From NCBI GenBank assembly GCA_052279835.1, contig CP181291.1, forward strand, positions 1,408,001-1,472,000: a stretch of DNA of 64,000 bases, read 5' to 3'. The position numbers and the translations under genes were made by a program. This DNA comes from Microcoleus sp. (GTDB lineage: Bacteria; Cyanobacteriota; Cyanobacteriia; Cyanobacteriales; Microcoleaceae). Position 1 is the first letter of the stretch; the number at the start of each line of letters is the position of its first letter. A model generated the notes under the pieces. The model had not been told where the DNA came from. It worked only from the letters and a program-made list of their open reading frames with translations, and searched no databases. Positions 60,694-64,000 of the stretch are shown here, piece after piece.

Positions 60694-62466
60694 ATGATGC
60701 CAAAGTTAAGGATATTAGCAACATTTCCTCGCTTGAGCCGCTGGTTTGCTCAAAATTTAGGTGTGAGTAACCTTCGCAAAGAACAGGTTTACTTAGACCT
60801 TGCTCATTCGGTGACCCTAACGGATGCGAGCTATTGGATTCAAGTTTTGTTTGCCGCTGGCATCGCCACCCTAGGTCTAGTCTTGAACAGTCCAGCCGTG
60901 ATCATTGGTGCGATGCTGATTTCACCGTTGATGGGGAGTATTTTGGCGAATGGCTTAGCCCTAGCCACCGGAGACGTAATTTTAGCGCTGCGAGCTCTTT
61001 TTAACCTAATTTTGAGCTGTGGGCTTGCCATTTCCTTTGCGGTGCTGTTGGTATTGATTCTGCCATTTAAGGAAATGACCAGCGAAATTCTGGCGCGAAC
61101 TCAGCCAAATCTGCTGGATTTAGTTATTGCTATGTTTTCCGGTGCGGTGGGAGCAGTGGCTATTTGCAAGGAAGCTAAAGGAGTCGTCACGTCTATTCCG
61201 GGGGTTTCGATCGCAGTGGCACTGATGCCCCCGCTGTGTGTGGTAGGTTATGGGATTGGGATGGCCCTCAGCCTCAGCCCTGGAACTGGATTGGCGGTGG
61301 CGCGAGGGGGAGGGCTGCTATTTTTTACTAACTTAGTCGCCATTACCTTTATGGCGATGCTCGTGTTTTTAGCCCTGCACATTGATACCACTTCTGTGCG
61401 CGATCGAGTTCGGACATGGCGCCAAAGCGATCGCGAAAGCATTTGGATACAGTCGTTGGTAGATAGAATGCCTGCATCAGGGCGATTCAATCGCATCGGC
61501 AGTTTACCGAGTCGCCTGCTGCTAATTCTGATGACTATTTTTTTGATTTCGATTCCCCTAAATCAATCTTACAGTCAACTTCGCACCGAAATTGAGCGGA
61601 AGCAGCAACAGAATCGACTCCGTAATGGCGCAACAGAAATCTGGCAAAAAAACTTTGGCAACTTTGCTGATGGCAAAGTGCGATCGTACATCAGTCAACT
61701 CTCATTTCAACAACAAAATCGTAAATTGGTTACTCAACTTCAGGTGGTTACCAGCCAAGTCTACACCGAAGCCGAACGAGAGAAATACAAGCAATTGCTG
61801 TCGGTGAAACTGCGGAGGCCGTTGGACTCAATTGCTGTAAATTTGATTCAGATTCCGATAGCTTCTAACGACTTGTTGCCAACAGTTTCAGAACAAATTA
61901 AGCCAGCGCCACCCCCCACAATTGCTCAATTGCAATCTAGTTTTTTGAGCAGCGTGGACTCTGCCCTCGATTCCCTCCTTTTGCCTCTCCCAGCCCAATT
62001 GGTGAGTTATGAGGCGAGTACCAGCCCAGTGGAACCCTTAAAAATTCAGATTCTTTACTTGAGTCCGCGGGATCTCGATCGCGACGGACAAGCACTACTG
62101 GTGCAGGATATCCGCAATCAATTAAATTACCCTACAGCTCAGGTGAAGTTCAATCGAATTGCGCCCATTGCTGCAACAGTTACCTTTGCATTAAATAAAT
62201 CTGAAATTCCGACTGACCAAACTCAATTACTCGATCGACTTGCTCAGAGCGTGCAGAAATATCGTACATTACAGATTGAGATGACTTCTGGTCAAGCACC
62301 ATCTGAAATTAACACGCGCGCCCAGGAGCGATCGCGCGCTATCCGTAGCTACTTGCAAACTAAATGGCAAATTGGGTCCGATCGCTACATGATTAAAACT
62401 GGAACAACAACAAAACCCATTGTCCAACTGAAAATTGTGAGACTGCCACAAAAATCCTCACTGTAA
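60694..62466 (+). CDS. DUF389 membrane protein with C-terminal OmpA-like segment
   Basis: NSPAVIIGAMLISPLM, ARTQPNLLDL and PGVSIAVALMPPL motifs. The C-terminal VTF...S.I.......LD....ERSRAIRSYL resembles OmpA_C. Confidence 0.85.
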   Translation: MMPKLRILATFPRLSRWFAQNLGVSNLRKEQVYLDLAHSVTLTDASYWIQVLFAAGIATLGLVLNSPAVIIGAMLISPLMGSILANGLALATGDVILALRALFNLILSCGLAISFAVLLVLILPFKEMTSEILARTQPNLLDLVIAMFSGAVGAVAICKEAKGVVTSIPGVSIAVALMPPLCVVGYGIGMALSLSPGTGLAVARGGGLLFFTNLVAITFMAMLVFLALHIDTTSVRDRVRTWRQSDRESIWIQSLVDRMPASGRFNRIGSLPSRLLLILMTIFLISIPLNQSYSQLRTEIERKQQQNRLRNGATEIWQKNFGNFADGKVRSYISQLSFQQQNRKLVTQLQVVTSQVYTEAEREKYKQLLSVKLRRPLDSIAVNLIQIPIASNDLLPTVSEQIKPAPPPTIAQLQSSFLSSVDSALDSLLLPLPAQLVSYEASTSPVEPLKIQILYLSPRDLDRDGQALLVQDIRNQLNYPTAQVKFNRIAPIAATVTFALNKSEIPTDQTQLLDRLAQSVQKYRTLQIEMTSGQAPSEINTRAQERSRAIRSYLQTKWQIGSDRYMIKTGTTTKPIVQLKIVRLPQKSSL

Positions 62467-62469
62467 GTC

Positions 62470-63336
62470 ATGAATAACATAATGAACCTACTGTTAAACC
62501 TAAATAAATATAAACCAAAGAAATCGCTCTTAATATTTATAGTAACTGGGGTGCTGTTTTTGACTGCTATTCTTGACTATTTCTCTGGTTCTGAGATTAG
62601 ATTCGACTTGGTATATCTCATACCTATTCTGCTGTCCGCGACAATTAATCGACGTTTTGGGATAATCATCGCCATTTTTAGTGCATTAGTATCAATTTCC
62701 GTAGATTTATATTTGCATCGTTTCCATTCCAATAATATTTACTATGTTTGGGACTTAATTTCACGGGCTGCAATTTTTAGTCTCCTTGCTTTATTACGTT
62801 CAAGCCTAATAGATTCCAGACAAAAGGAAAGTGAATTAGCACGTACAGACCCTCTAACCGGGGCAATGAATTTGCGTGCATTTAAGGAGCAGTTGGAATC
62901 TGAAATCTATCGTGCTAGTAGATACTGCTATCCACTGACGATTGCCTATATTGACATTGATAATTTCAAGACTATCAACGATACGCTTGGACATAGCGAG
63001 GGAAACAGAGTTCTTTGTGCAGTGGTCACAGCCATCAAAAAACACTCGCGAAAATCAGATACAGTGGCACGGCTCGGTGGTGACGAATTTGCAATCCTGT
63101 TACCAGTTACAGATCGGGAGGATTCCCACAAAACCATCAACACAATCCAAGGTCATATGATGGACGAAGTTCGTAAAAACAGGTGGAATGTAACATTTAG
63201 CATAGGCGTTCTAACTTGTATCGAGATCCCCTCTGATGGTGACAAAATGATCGAAGCTGCTGACAACTTAATGTATATGGTAAAACAACAAGGAAAGAAC
63301 TCAATCAATTATTCCCTATACAATCACGAAGCCTAG
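62470..63336 (+). CDS. Membrane-bound diguanylate cyclase (GGDEF)
   Basis: About 4 TM helices; DPLTG.MN, DIDNFK.IND..GH, RKSD I-site and ARLGGDEF. Confidence 0.94.
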   Translation: MNNIMNLLLNLNKYKPKKSLLIFIVTGVLFLTAILDYFSGSEIRFDLVYLIPILLSATINRRFGIIIAIFSALVSISVDLYLHRFHSNNIYYVWDLISRAAIFSLLALLRSSLIDSRQKESELARTDPLTGAMNLRAFKEQLESEIYRASRYCYPLTIAYIDIDNFKTINDTLGHSEGNRVLCAVVTAIKKHSRKSDTVARLGGDEFAILLPVTDREDSHKTINTIQGHMMDEVRKNRWNVTFSIGVLTCIEIPSDGDKMIEAADNLMYMVKQQGKNSINYSLYNHEA

Positions 63337-63518
63337 AGATGAACGCTAGTAGGACTCTGCATCAATTCAAGTACCAATAAATTCAATAGAATCCGCACCA
63401 GCCCAGCGACTGATAACTCAAGATGTTATACTGGAACTATCACCGAAACAGGAGTTGAATTTGGTGGATTTTTTGTCAACAAAAAACCTGAAAATAATTG
63501 CAAATTGGAATTATAAAA

Positions 63519-64000
63519 ATGATAGAGACGAGTCTAAAGGAAGTTGCGATAGAAGAAAATCTGAAGCAATTTTTGCTAGTGCTTTCGGTTTCTTTGAGTG
63601 TGGCCACTTTGCCACAAATTTTTAGCTGGTTTCGCCGAATTCCCTATACACTACTGCTGGTAATCGTGGGATTAGGTCTAGCCTTTGTCGATGTGCGATT
63701 GGTCAATCTTTCACCGGAATTGATTCTGTTGATTTTTCTGCCGCCTCTGCTGTTTGAAGCGGCTTGGAATTTGAAATGGTCGAGCTTGAAACAGGATTTA
63801 ATTCCCATTTGTCTTTATGCAGTTTTAGGTGTCCTGATTTCGATTGCAGGTGTGGCAATTGGTCTGAATCAACTGGCGAATCTTTCTTTGGCGACGGCGC
63901 TGCTGATTGGGGCAACCCTTTCAGCTACAGATCCAGTTTCGGTGACGGCTTTGTTTCGGGAGTTGGGGGTGGGCAACCGCCTCACAACTTTGATGGAAGG
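63519..64000 (+). CDS. CPA1-family Na+/H+ antiporter, N-terminal part (runs off the window; not in the ORF track)
   Basis: MIETSLKEVAIEENLKQFLL...IPYTLLLVIVG...FLPPLLFEAAW...SATDPVSV..LF.ELG. Confidence 0.92.
   Translation, partial: MIETSLKEVAIEENLKQFLLVLSVSLSVATLPQIFSWFRRIPYTLLLVIVGLGLAFVDVRLVNLSPELILLIFLPPLLFEAAWNLKWSSLKQDLIPICLYAVLGVLISIAGVAIGLNQLANLSLATALLIGATLSATDPVSVTALFRELGVGNRLTTLME

Noticed and set aside
1..64000. Abundant GCGATCGC/CGATCG sites as a novel signal
   Set aside because: This is the well-known cyanobacterial HIP1 palindrome.

Overview
This is a 64-kb chromosomal segment of a filamentous cyanobacterium, most like Oscillatoriales of the Microcoleus/Tychonema type. That assignment is inferred from dense HIP1 (GCGATCGC) sites, heptamer tandem repeats, and ycf51-, hps- and DUF4912-like genes. 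Most of it is ordinary: sat, UbiH-like hydroxylase, hisH, a frameshifted glgX, rsmD, glmM, hpsN/hpsO-like glycosyltransferases, a sugar ABC transporter, cysS, and a two-kinase/response-regulator/adenylate-cyclase operon. It also holds a 2,725-aa DUF4347/lectin/DUF11/RTX surface protein, a GGDEF protein and a partial Na+/H+ antiporter. I found no rRNA, tRNA or CRISPR array. The unusual content is small-scale mobile DNA. At least four families of short palindromic elements occur. One family brackets an HTH gene and an MNT-HEPN toxin-antitoxin pair like cassettes. Another has inserted in frame into cysS. A 5'-truncated TnpB without a zinc finger supplies the stop codon of the giant surface-protein gene through its right end. 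There are also unannotated relics (a second tnpB 3' end, an nSTAND-like NTPase fragment, an antitoxin-like stub) and a pseudo-orthocaspase with an atypical Cys/Ser dyad. All family assignments come from motif recognition by eye; no database searches were run.
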